DNA from: Octopus sinensis
Taxonomy: Eukaryota
Direction: 5' to 3'
Assembly: GCF_006345805.1 (NCBI RefSeq)
Contig: NC_043024.1
Location: 18,848,001 to 18,912,000, forward strand
Length of the DNA: 64,000 nt
The notes under the pieces were generated by a model. That model saw only the letters and a program-made list of their open reading frames with translations, had not been told where the DNA came from and searched no databases. Of the stretch, positions 39,655-51,633 are shown one piece after another; within the stretch, counting starts at the first letter, position 1; the number at the start of each line of letters is the position of its first letter. The position numbers were made by a program, and so were the translations under genes.

Positions 39655-40190
39655 ATGTATGTACGTATGTATGTATGTATGTATGTATGTGTGTGTGTAT
39701 GTATGTATGTGTGTATGTGTGTATGTGAGTATGTATGTGTTTATGTATGTATGTATGTATGTATATATGTGTGTGTGTGTATGTATGTATGTATGTATGT
39801 ATGTATGAATGTATGTATGTATGTATGTATATATGTGTGTGTGTATGTATGTATGTATGTATGTATGAATGTATGTATGTATGTATGTATGTATGTATAT
39901 ACGTGTGTGTATGTATGTATGTATGAATGTATGTATGTATGTATGTGTGTGTGTATGTATGTATGTATGTATGTGTATGTATGTATGTATGTATGTGTGT
40001 ATGTATGTATGTATGTATGTATGTATGAATGTATGTATGTATGTATGTATGTATGTATGTATGTATATATGTGTGTGTGTGTATGTATGTATGAATGTAT
40101 GTATGTATGTATGTGTGTGTATGTATGTATGTATGTATGTATACATGTATGTATGTATGTATGTATATGTGTGTATGTATGTATGCATGA
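39655..40190. repeat. (TATG)n microsatellite
   Basis: Direct inspection. Confidence 0.95.
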
Positions 40191-40431
40191 ATGCATTCAC
40201 AGTTGTACACATAATTGTGTTTTGATAAACTGGTTTATTTCCTTATTCTTAAATATTTTATATGATTAAAGTCAACTAAGTGCATATATGCACATATACA
40301 TGTGTATACATGTGTGTGTATGTACATCATGAAGTGAAACCAAGTAGCAACACCAAATGGCGGTGCCCCAGCATGGCCACAGCTCATAAGCTGAAACTAG
40401 AATCAATCAATCAATCAATCATATACTTGTT

Positions 40432-40478
<47 letters not shown>

Positions 40479-40718
40479 TGACATGTAATTTGAAATAGCA
40501 CACTCAGACACACATATGCACATGCACACACTGTCACATACACACATGTATATATATATATATATATTCACACATACAATTATGCACACATCACTTGCAT
40601 TGTTTTTAAAGAATAACATAATTAGCAAAATCAGACTACGTGTTCATTAAATTATCCCTTTGTTGATTAAATCATCACTCAGTCTAACAGTTCCCTCATA
40701 TATAGACACACATGTATG

Positions 40719-40757
<39 letters not shown>

Positions 40758-41163
40758 ACATATATATATACATACATGCATATATATATATACATATGAT
40801 ATATGTGTGTATGTATCTATATTTATATCTATCCACATGTATATATACATATATTATATATCATATATATATACATATATAGTTCATAGGTGCATATATA
40901 AGCATATATACACCCACACACATATAAACATGTACATGCATTACATGTAAATGTAAAACTATATATACATATACACTGCTACATACACATATATGTGCAT
41001 ATGTATGTGTGTATGTGTGTATACATGAATTTAAAATGTGTCTGCATCTGAATTGAATAAACATACCAACATTTATTTAAACTAGCTATTGTTTAAAAAA
41101 ATATGTAATCACAATTAAAATTTTTTTCTTGATCAGGTAAGAAAAAAGCAACTACAAATGTGT

Positions 41164-41192
<29 letters not shown>

Positions 41193-41194
<2 letters not shown>

Positions 41195-41790
41195 CATCAT
41201 CATCATCATCATTTAGCGTCCGCTTTCCAGGCTACCATGGGTTGGACGGTTCAGCTGGGGTCTGTGAAGCCAGAAGGCTGCATCAGGCCCAGTCTGATCT
41301 GGCAGTGTTTCTACGGCTGGATGCCCTTCCTAATGCCAACCACTCCGTGAGTGTAGTGGGTGCTTTTTACGTGCCGTGCCACCCGCACAGGTGCCAGACA
41401 GAGCTGGCAGACGGCCACGGACAGATGGTGCTTTTTACGTGCCAGGTGTGGCTGGCAACGGCCACGAACGGATGGTGCTTTTACGTGGCACCGGCACGGG
41501 GGCCAGGTGAGGCTGGCAACAGCCGTGAACGGATGATGGTACGTGCCACCGGCACGGGGGCCAGGCGAAGCTGGCAACGGACATGAACAGATGATGCTAC
41601 GTGCCACCGGCACGAGGGCCAGGTGAGGCTGGCAACGGCCACAAACGGATGGTGCTTTTTACATGCCACTGGCACGGAGGCCAGTCAGCGCGGTGCTGGC
41701 TACGGCCACGATCGGATGGTTCGCTTACTTGTCACCGACACTGGTATCACAGCTGCAATTTCCATTGATGTTGAACGACTTCGATTTTGG
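41193..41790 (-). mobile_element. Family C with an internal ~58-64-bp GC-rich tandem array
   Basis: Five to six units resembling GTGCTTTTACGTGCCACCGGCACGGGGGCCAGGTGAGGCTGGCAACGGCCACGAACGGATG. Confidence 0.8.
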
Positions 41791-41836
41791 TTCTGCTTTC
41801 TGATATCTGATTTAATTTGGTTTGATTTTGATTTTG

Positions 41837-41869
<33 letters not shown>

Positions 41870-41884
41870 TATATATTATATATA

Positions 41885-42280
41885 TTACTCTTTTTACTAT
41901 TTTACTTGTTTCAGTCATTTGACTGTGGCCATGCTGGAGCACTGCCTTTATTAAAAGCAAATCGACCCCAGGACTTATTCTTTGTAAGCCTAGTACTTAT
42001 TCTATCGGTCTCTTTTGCTGAACTGCTAAGTTATGGAGATGTAAACACACCAGCATCGGTTGTCAAGTGATGCTGGGAGGACAAACACAGACACACATAC
42101 ACACACATACATATATATATATATATACGACGGGCTTCTTTCAGTTTCCGTCTACCAAATCCACTCACAAGGCTTTGGTCAACCCGAGGCTATCGTAGAA
42201 GACACTTGCCCAGGGTGTAATGCAGTGGGACTGAACCATGTGGTTGGTAAACAAGCTACTTATCACACAGACACTCCTAC
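41885..42280 (-). mobile_element. SINE family A
   Basis: Full-length copy. Confidence 0.85.
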
Positions 42281-42317
<37 letters not shown>

Positions 42318-42321
<4 letters not shown>

Positions 42322-42662
42322 CGCCTCGACTGGCTTCTGTGCCGGTGGCACATAAAAAGCACCATCCGAACGTGGCTGATGCCAGCGCTGCCTCGACTGG
42401 CTTCTGTGCTGGTGGCACGTTAAAAGCACCAACCGATCGTGGCCGATGCCAGACCCCCCTGGCACCTGTGTAGGTGGCACGTAAAAAGCACCCACTACAC
42501 TCGCGGAGTGGTTGGCATTAGGAAGGGCATCCAGCTGTAGAAACACTGCCAGATCAGACTGGAGCCTGGTGCAGCCCCTGGCTTCCCAGACCCCGGTCGA
42601 ACCGTCCAACCCGTGCTAGCGCGGAAAACGGACGTTAAACGATGATGATGATAATGATGATG
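42318..42662 (+). mobile_element. Family C with three tandem units
   Basis: GGTGGCAC(A/G)T..AAAAGCACC occurs three times, followed by the tail. Confidence 0.8.
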
Positions 42663-43395
42663 ATATACATATATATATATATATATTATATATATATATA
42701 TATGTATATATATATTATATATATGTGCATGTGTTTGGGTGTGTGTATATGTATATATATTGAAATTGTAACCTATTCTTTAATTATTTTGTCTTCTCTT
42801 ATATCAACAAATGTTTTTAAGATCTCACACGTTTGATATAAGTTTTTGAGTTCTGTGACATCTCCCATGATTCTGTCAACAATGTCAGTCTAAGAAGCAA
42901 ACTGTGGAGTTTTCTTGTTATGTCATAAACCAAGACAGCTTGCTTTTTTTTCTTTCTTGTTGTTCTTTCTTTGCACTGTAGAGAATTTCTTAGAAAAGAC
43001 AGAACTGCCAAATATGGAAATGTCATTCTGCAGTCAGACTAAATTTGTTTCAACTCTTTCACTTTATCGATGTGTGCACATCAAATACGTACATTCAAGC
43101 ATATATACATACACGTTTATATATATATGCATTGATTGCGAAATCACAGATGATATGTAACTAAATTCTGTTTTTAAATGACTCGCTTTGAAGTTTTGCA
43201 TTCGGTACAATTTGTTTATTTTAGTAGTTTTGACTGCAAAAGTCCCTCCTAGCGTGCGGTATCTATGAATAATAGTAACCTCTATATAATATAAATAAGT
43301 ATTTTCAAAGTTGAAAAAATTTACAGATTTTTTCTCTTACGAGGTTTTTCACGCTAACTACTTGATAATTTCTTATAAAGATTTTATCCTATTTT

Positions 43396-43433
<38 letters not shown>

Positions 43434-43524
43434 CATACACACACACACATATATATAAATATACATACATATATATATATATTCACAGACACTCAAGCAC
43501 ACATATATATGTATACATACACAC

Positions 43525-43742
43525 ACATCATCATCATCATCGATTAACGTCTGCTTTCCATGCTAGCAGGGGTTGGACGATTTGACTGAGGGCTGGCAAA
43601 CCAAATGGCTGCACCAGGCTCCAATCTTCATTTGGCAGAGTTTCTACAGCTGGATGCCCTTCCTAACATGCCAACCACTCCAAGAGTGAAGTGTGTGCCT
43701 TTTATGTGCCACCAGCACGGTGCTAGTTAGGCGGTACTGGCA
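43525..43742 (-). mobile_element. Family C
   Basis: CATCATCGATTAACGTC...GGATGCCCTTCCTAAC. Confidence 0.75.
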
Positions 43743-43793
43743 ATACACACATCCATATATATATACACACACACATACATATAAATATATACA

Positions 43794-44478
43794 TTTCAAC
43801 AATTGAGGGCAAAATTAATTAATTATTAATCAATTTCACCAAGTGTTCAGTATGCAAAGGGACCATTCAAGGCGAATTCAAATTATTACATTATATAAAA
43901 GGGCTTAGTAAAATAAATTACTTTGCCGCATACTGAACTCATTAGAAATAGCAGCTAAAAAACTTTTTTAAAGCTATTTCTAATACTTAAAGAAAATCTC
44001 TCTCATATATAGTGTTTGCTTAATTCAACTCACAAAAGTTTGGGGGTAAGGACATCGAAAAATCAAATGCTAAGGTTATTTGAGAACGTACGTTTCAAGA
44101 TTAGTCAAAAACAACACTTCTATCATCAGCTCAGAAATTCCTTGGTTTGGATTTGGAAACACTGAAAATAAGAACATACCCTTTCGAAGATCTGCTCGTA
44201 ACTAACAGTGCCAACAAATTCAAATAAGCAAGCGAAGAATCTCTGTTCTCCCCATTCCACCAGCGTGGGTTAAAATCATCAAACACTATGCTTATTTCGG
44301 TAAAATCCGAAGCATTAATCAGAGGGAGATTAATTATAATTTCAACAATTGAGGGCAAAATTAATTAATTATTAATCAATTTCACCAAGTGTTCAGTATG
44401 CAAAGGGACCATTCAAGGCGAATTCAAATTATTACATTATATAAAAGGGCTTAGTAAAATAAATTACTTTGCCGCATA
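43794..44478 (-). mobile_element. Non-coding PLE/retrozyme-like element: 546-bp unit with ~138-bp direct terminal repeat
   Basis: 43795-43932 matches 44341-44478; lies in (TA)n; central hammerhead. Confidence 0.8.
44081..44133 (-). ncRNA. Minimal type I hammerhead ribozyme (GUU triplet)
   Basis: Minus strand: TGAG-CTGATGA-tAGA...TCTt-GAAA-CGTAC-GTT-CTCA; palindromic stem III AACGTACGTT. Confidence 0.75.
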
Positions 44479-45066
44479 TATAAATATATACATATATATA
44501 TATAGATTTAAGAGACAGAATCACCCTCAAGCAACTCAATCTTCATTGAATGACATTATCCACAATAGGGACATATAGGACTAAATATTAAATTATCAAA
44601 ATTAATACCTACAATTCTTATTCCAAATTATCAAAATTAATACCTTCAATTCTTATTTCAAATCATATACTTTACTAAGCGCATTTCATGACGACATATT
44701 CCTCGGTATTGCTGAAATAGAATGTCTCTAAATACAATACCATATTAAAACAATTATATTGCCAATCTTCAGGTCTAGCATATAGGAACTTATTTTTCCT
44801 ATATACATTGTATATTAAGACATGACAAACTAAAATCATATAACTAGAAGTTGTTGGAATAATTTTACTTTAGTAAATAATGAACAGAAATGTGGAATAA
44901 AAGTAAGAAAAAGAAATGTTAGTAAAAAGAAATATTAACTTATCTGAATGGTAATTTTCTCTCCATAAATAAACATGGCTACCAGCAATCGTATAATCCA
45001 ACATTGAGAGCTATATATATACTACTTCCTCAACCACCACCAACACCACCATATATAAACTAGCAC

Positions 45067-45282
45067 GGCGGCGAGCTGGCAGACTCGTTAGCACGCCGGG
45101 CGAAATGCGTAGCCGTATTTCATCTGCTGTTACGTTCTGAGTTCAAATTCCGCCGAGGTCGACTTTGCCTTTCATCCTTTCGGGGTCGTTAAATTAAGTA
45201 CCAGTTACACCCTGGGGTCGATGTAATCGACATAATCCTTTTGTCCCCTCTGTGTTTAGCCCCTTGTGGGCAGTAGTGAAAT
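45067..45282 (+). mobile_element. SINE family B with TSD
   Basis: ATATATAAACTAGCAC duplicated on both flanks. Confidence 0.9.
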
Positions 45283-45479
45283 ACATATATAAACTAGCAC
45301 ATGCAAGCTGACTCCCTTACTCGATTTAATACCTTGGCTGAAAAATAGGAATCCCAGAATATGTTCAGATAAGATGTTTTATGTTTTCAACCCTGTCATC
45401 TACTCTTCTATTTCTGTGCAGATTATAAGCCCCTAATTAGTTCTTTTCATTATTCTGTCTATTTAAGTACCATGTCATC

Positions 45480-45891
45480 ATACTCTTTACTCTTTTACTT
45501 GTTTCAGTCATTTGACTGCGGCCATGCTGGAGCACCGCCTTTAGTCGAGCAAATCGACCCCGGGACTTATTCTTTTGTAAGCCCAGTACTTATTCTATCG
45601 CTCTCTTTTGCCGAACCGCTAAGTGGCGGGGACATAAACACACCAGCATCGGTTGTCAAGCAATACTAGAGGGACAAACACAGACACACAAACACACACA
45701 CACACATATATATATATACACATATATACGACGGGCTTCTTTCAGTTTCCGTCTACCAAATCCACTCACAAGGCTTTGGTCAGCCCGAGGCTATAGTAGA
45801 AGACACTTGCCCAAGGTGCCACGCAGTGGGACTGAACCCGGAATCATGTGGTTGGTAATCAAGCTACTTACCACACAGCCACTCCTGCACC
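45480..45891 (-). mobile_element. SINE family A
   Basis: Full-length copy. Confidence 0.88.
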
Positions 45892-46243
45892 AATAGTTTC
45901 GTCTTCCTTGTTGTTGCCTAAGATAACCTCAGCTCACGCATTTCCTTAATCTGCAACATATTCTTTCACTCATCTATGAAAGTTTATCACATAATCACTC
46001 AGTCATTCTTCTCTAATTTTGTCTTAGACTGTCTCCCAGATTCTCCAATTCTATTTACTATTATCAACATTTACTGTCTTGTTAAATAAACTATGCCACA
46101 CAAAGCATTTCCTGACTTCCTCCCTCTCTCTGTTTCACTATGTCTCTCTCTCTCTCTCTCTCTCTTGGCCTCACTCTGTCTGTGTCTCTCTCTCTTTCGA
46201 TTACCATTCGCCTCGCCAAGGCTTCCTACTTCCTCCACCACAA

Positions 46244-46658
46244 CCTATTTCTGTACTACCCACAAGGGGCTAAACACAGAGAGGACTAACAAGGACAGAC
46301 AAACGGATTAAGTCGATTATATCGACCCCAGTGCGTAACTGGTACTTATTTAATCGACCCCGAAAGGATGAAAGGCAAAGTCGACCTCGGCGGATTTGAA
46401 CTCAGAACGTAACGGCAGATGAAATACCTATTTCTTTACTACCCACAAGGGGCTATCGTAGAGGGGACAAACAAGGACAGACAAACGGATTAAGTCGATT
46501 ATATCGACCCCAGTGCGTAAATGGTACTTATTTAATCGACCCCGAAAGGATGAAAGGCAAAGTCGACCTCGGCAGAATTTGAACTCAGAATGTGAAGACA
46601 GACGAAATACTGCTAAGTATTCCGTCCGGCGTGCTAACGATTCTGCCAGCTCGCCGCC
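46244..46658 (-). mobile_element. SINE family B, head-to-tail partial dimer
   Basis: CTATTTCT.TACTACCCACAAGGGGCTA at 46245 and 46428. Confidence 0.85.
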
Positions 46659-46794
46659 TTCTTCCTCCAGCACAACCACCCTATATAAACTTGTGCACGC
46701 ACTCAGATTCCCCTACTTGATTCTTAATACCTCCACCGAAAGAATATGTATCCAGGAGATGCTCTTGTCCATATATGCTAGTTTGAAGTGCGCC

Positions 46795-47075
46795 TTCAAT
46801 GAGGAAGGAACCAGGCTGCTGGAGTTCTGCGATGCAAATGATCTTATGGTTTGCAATACTAACTTCAGGAAACCTGCCTGTCACCTAGTCACCTACTGTT
46901 CTGGCAGACACACTAGTCAAATTGACTGCATCCTCACCAGAAAAAGGGAAAGATGGCTAGTTATAAATACCAAAACGTTCCCAGGCGAAGAATGTACCCC
47001 TCAACATAAACTGGTAGTTAGTGAGTTCAGGATCAGGGCTAAATTGATGCCCAGAAGACGACTAGCATGGAGGAG
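46795..47075 (+). mobile_element. RTE LINE AP-endonuclease fragment
   Basis: NEEGTRLLEFCDANDLMVCNTNFRKP..HLVTY.SG...SQID...PQHKLVV; same family as 18170-18437. Confidence 0.85.
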
Positions 47076-47079
47076 AAGC

Positions 47080-47550
47080 ACCTTAGGCAAGTGCCTTCTA
47101 TTATAACCCCAGGCCGACCATAGCCTTAAGAGTGGATGTGGCAGATGGAAACTAAAAGAAATCCATTGTATGTATGTATGTGTGTGTGTGTGTATGTATG
47201 AGTGTGTTTGTGTGCGTATTTGTATGTATGTATGTGTCTGTGTGTCTGTGTGTTTGTATGTATCTATGTGTGTGTGTGTATGTATGTATGTGTGTGTGTG
47301 TGTGTGTGTGTTTGTATGTACGTATGCATGTATGTATGTATGTATGTATGTGTGTGTTTGTACCCTCACCATTGCTTGACAAACGATGTGGGCGTGTTGT
47401 TTACGTCCCTGTAACTTAGTGGTTTGGCAAAAGGCACCAACAGCATAAGTAGTAGGTTTACAAAGAATAAGTCCTGGGGTCAGTTTGTTCAACTAAAGGC
47501 TGTGCTCCAGCATGGCCACAATCAAACTACTGAGCAAATAAAAGAATACA
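47080..47550 (+). mobile_element. SINE family A, 5'-truncated with expanded microsatellite
   Basis: CACCTTAGGCAAGTG...GCTCCAGCATGGCCAC. Confidence 0.75.
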
Positions 47551-47814
47551 TACATACATATATACATGAATGTCTGTAGAGAGAGAGAGAGGGAGAGAGA
47601 GAGAGGGAGAGGGAGAGGGAGAGAGAGAGAGAAACAGAGCAATTATATGTATATATGTATAAATATATATATATAAATTATATGTGTATATATATATGTA
47701 TATATATATATATAAATATATAAAATATTATTTGAGACAAAACCACTATTTTGCAAAACAAACAAGGAAAGACTTAATCAATACATAAAATTTAATAAAT
47801 AGTCAAAAAAACCG

Positions 47815-47857
47815 CCACTACAATCGTTTCTTGTCTTGATCGACAATCTTCAGGTGG
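47815..47857 (-). ncRNA. Minimal hammerhead ribozyme in inverted pLTR
   Basis: Reverse complement of 48871-48913. Confidence 0.8.
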
Positions 47858-48870
47858 ACTTCCAATCTAAAAAATCAAAATTTTAAAATATAAAAATAAT
47901 ACTTTTAAATAATTAAAGTATAAATGAAAAAATATAAGTAGATAATCCATATATAACCTATATATAATCCATATCGAAAATATAGACTAATTACCACGAA
48001 TTCCCTAAAAAAACCATGATAAAACAAAACTCTTAAACATATAACGATAAAATCTCCCTTTGCTAAACTCTATAACAAACCTATAAAGTAAACCCCCTAA
48101 CTAAACATTCACACACAAATACACACACGTAAACCACAGACTCACGACTTATACACATACCTATACTAACTTATAAACCTCAATATACACCACAACCCAC
48201 TCCCTCCCCACCACACCAATTAACACATACATCCCAAAACCTAAATAACAAACCCATATACACATTCACACACAAAACACCACTCACACGCAAAACACTC
48301 ACACACAAAAGATACATATACTCCCTCACATATACGCCTATACATACTCACTAACTCGACATATACAACAATACTTACACACCCACAAAAAACATTATAT
48401 ACATTTATGAGCTTTAACTCACCTTAGCATCTCTAACAAACAACTTGCAGTAACCCAATCCCATTCTCTATGCCTACCTCACTACTACACTATTCCATTC
48501 ACATTCCAAGCAACGCTAGTCCACCACCCGGTTATTCACGTGGCAAAACGAACACCACTCAAAAATTATGAATGAAACAATGTAAAAAAATAACCAACAC
48601 CTAAAATAGACAAAATACCACAAATTACCTAAAAAATATTTCTGTACTTTGTTATAGAGTTTAGCTAAGGGAGATTTTATCGTTATATGTTTTTAAGAGT
48701 TTTGTTTTATCATGTTTTTTTAGGGAATTCGTGGTAATTAGTCTATATTTTCGATATGGATTATATATAGGTTATATATGGATTATATACTTATATTTTT
48801 TCATTTATACTTTAATTATTTAAAAGTATTATTTTTATATTTTAAAATTTTGATTTTTTAGATTGGAAGT

Positions 48871-48913
48871 CCACCTGAAGATTGTCGATCAAGACAAGAA
48901 ACGATTGTAGTGG
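48871..48913 (+). ncRNA. Minimal hammerhead ribozyme in 5' pLTR
   Basis: CCAC-CTGAAGA-TTGTCgatcaaGACAA-GAAA-CGATT-GTA-GTGG. Confidence 0.82.
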
Positions 48914-49147
48914 CGGTTTTTTTGACTATTTATTAAATTTTATGTATTGATTAAGTCTTTCCTTGTTTGTTTTGCAAAATAGTGGTTTTGTCTCAAATAA
49001 TATTTTATAATATTTTACTATAAAATTGGATTTAATCCTAAATCTGATTTTTTTTTCCTGTAAATTTGGATATATTCCCTAATATTTATTATTTATATAA
49101 TATTGATAATTTTGTATATTGAGTGTAATACCTCAATTTCGCAAATT

Positions 49148-51633
49148 ATGGATTTTACAGGTAAGATAGAACCGCTTTTTGGGATTCATCTTTGAAAGAT
49201 ATTCCTATTCCTTCTAGAAAGGAATTTATCTTGAAACTTGTTAATAATGTTAAAGATTTTATTTCTAGAATTAAATGGAAAGCTTTTTACTATAATTTTT
49301 ATTTATTTAATGATATTGATAGTAGGAATGATAATTATACCTCTAAATTTAAATCTAGAAAGGAACCTCCATTTAATAAAGAATTACATTACTTGAAGAT
49401 AGTATATGGAAGGTGGTAAAAAATATTGAATTCCATAAATACCCAAATAGAAATAATGAATATTTAAGGAATTTAGCAATTAAAATTAAAGATATGAGAA
49501 ATATGGATGGTATTATAGTACAATCTGATAAAACAAGGAACTTATATAAATTAGATGTTAAATTATATGATAAACTATTAGGGAAAGAAATAATTAAAAA
49601 ATATAAAATTGTTCCAGATGATATTCTTTATAATATTAATAAGGCCTCTAAAGTAGTAATGTTAAAATATGAGTTGGATAATAAAACTCTGCACCCCAGA
49701 ATTACTCTTAAAGACCATAAAGATAATTTTTATTCAGACCCTAAAGTTAGATTAATTTGCCCATGTAAATCGGACCTAGGTAAATTAAGTAAATTTATTT
49801 TAGATAAATATATTGATAAGTTAAATAAACTTAATTATTTAAAATTATGGTTTAGTAATAATAATACATTGAAATGGTTTAATAATATTAAAGATAAAAA
49901 TCGTTATAAATTTATTCAAATAGATATAGATAATTATTATTCTTCTATTAATGAAATTGTGTTTAATAAAGCGCTTATTTTCGCAATGAATAAAGTGGGC
50001 ATGTCACGGGAAGAAGTTAATGTAATTAAATTGGCTAGGAAATCGCTAATTAAATATAAAAATAAATTATGGCTAGGAATGATACTAGAGATTGTTTTGA
50101 TATACCTATGGGAGCACCAGATTCTGCACAGGCTACTGATTTAGTAGGTATTTTTCTTTTATCTGAACTCCAATTAGAAAATCTTAAGATAGAGGGTGGT
50201 TTATATAGAGACGATCTTCTACTAGTTACAAAGAATTGTACTAATAGGATCTAGAAGTATATAAGAAAAAACTATATAGTTTCTTTAAAAGATATGGTTT
50301 ACGTATTACTATATATAAGGAGAATTATAATGTTAATTATTTAGATGTTAATTTTAATCTTATTACAGGTAAAACACAACCATATCATAAACTTAATGAG
50401 AACCTTAGATATATAAATGTTAATAGTAATCACCCATTTTCTATTAAAAAATCGTTGATTAATAATATAAGTAAACGTATTTCATTACTCTCTTATGATA
50501 TAGAGATTTTTAATAAACATGCTAATTATTATAATGAGGCCCTTAGAGGGGCAGGTTATAATAAGAATATTAAATTTTAATATTAGCGATAATGATTTAA
50601 ATGATAATTTTCGAGATACTTCTAATAATATTTTATAATTTTGTTACGTTTAGTGGTAAAAATAATAGATATTATAAAAAAAAAATAAAATGATAAAAAT
50701 ATAAATAAGAATAATAATAATAATAAATATAATAATAATAATAATAATAATATATAATAAAAATAAATTTAATAATTATTATAATAATTATATTGATAAA
50801 TTTAATAATATTAATAATTCCTTAAATGCTGTACATAGATATAATTCTGATAATAATTTTAATAAAATAAAGAATTATAAATATATTTATAATAATGATA
50901 ATAATAATAAGGTTAATAAGAATAAAATTTGGTTAATAGTTCCTTATGGAGATCAAGTTAAAACGAATATTATTAAAGAGATTTTAGATGTTATAGAACT
51001 ATTTATTAGAGATAATCGTAAATATAGAAACATTTTCTCTTTTAATAATTTTGGAGTTGGTTACTCTACCACTAATAATGTTGGTAACATTATTTCTTCA
51101 TTTAATAAATATAAACTGAATAATTTTTATAAAAAGAAATTATTTGATAATAATATTAATAATGATAAGACTTATATTAATTGTACATGTAGAGATAAAT
51201 CTAATTGTATATTAAATAATAATTGTGATATTAACGATGTAGTGTATAAATGTATAGTTACATTACATGATAATAACTTTAAGAATAATAATTACAATAA
51301 GCGGTTTATATAGGTTCTACTTCCTCAAAAATAAAACTAAGAATTGCACAACATATGAATTCTTTTAAAAATAAAAACTTAATCAACTCAACCGGACTTA
51401 GTAAGTATATTTGGAGTCTTAAATCACTAAATATTAATTATAGTTTAATATGGGAAATAATTTGTAAAACTAAATCATATAATATAGGAGCTAATTGTTG
51501 TTATTTATGCTCTAATGAGTTTAAAGAAATTTTATTTTATAAGTATGATAATTTACTTAATACTGGGGAGGAGCGTAAAATAAAATGTAGACACAAGTTA
51601 CTTTACTTATATAATAAGTTTCATGATAAATAG
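49148..51633 (+). pseudogene. PLE polyprotein (reverse transcriptase + C-terminal GIY-YIG endonuclease), frameshifted
   Basis: SLKDIPIPS...IKWKAF, QSDKTRNLY, RITLKDHK...KVRLICP, IQIDIDNYYSSI, FDIPMGAPD, GGLYRDDLL, RYINVNSNHP, CTCRDKSNC (CxCx5C), VVYKC..FIGST, STGLSKYIW..CYLCSNE. Confidence 0.9.

Noticed and set aside
41370-41720. GC-rich palindromic repeats superficially like a CRISPR array
   Set aside because: Units are contiguous with no unique spacers, lie in a retroposon tail, and there are no cas genes; eukaryotic context
42817-43026. AVLVYDITRK resembles a Rab GTPase motif
   Set aside because: Flanking residues do not continue the Rab pattern and no convincing splice sites bound it
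44672-44710. Minus-strand CCGAGGA...GAAATGCGCTTA hammerhead-like string
   Set aside because: Multiple core deviations and weak stem I
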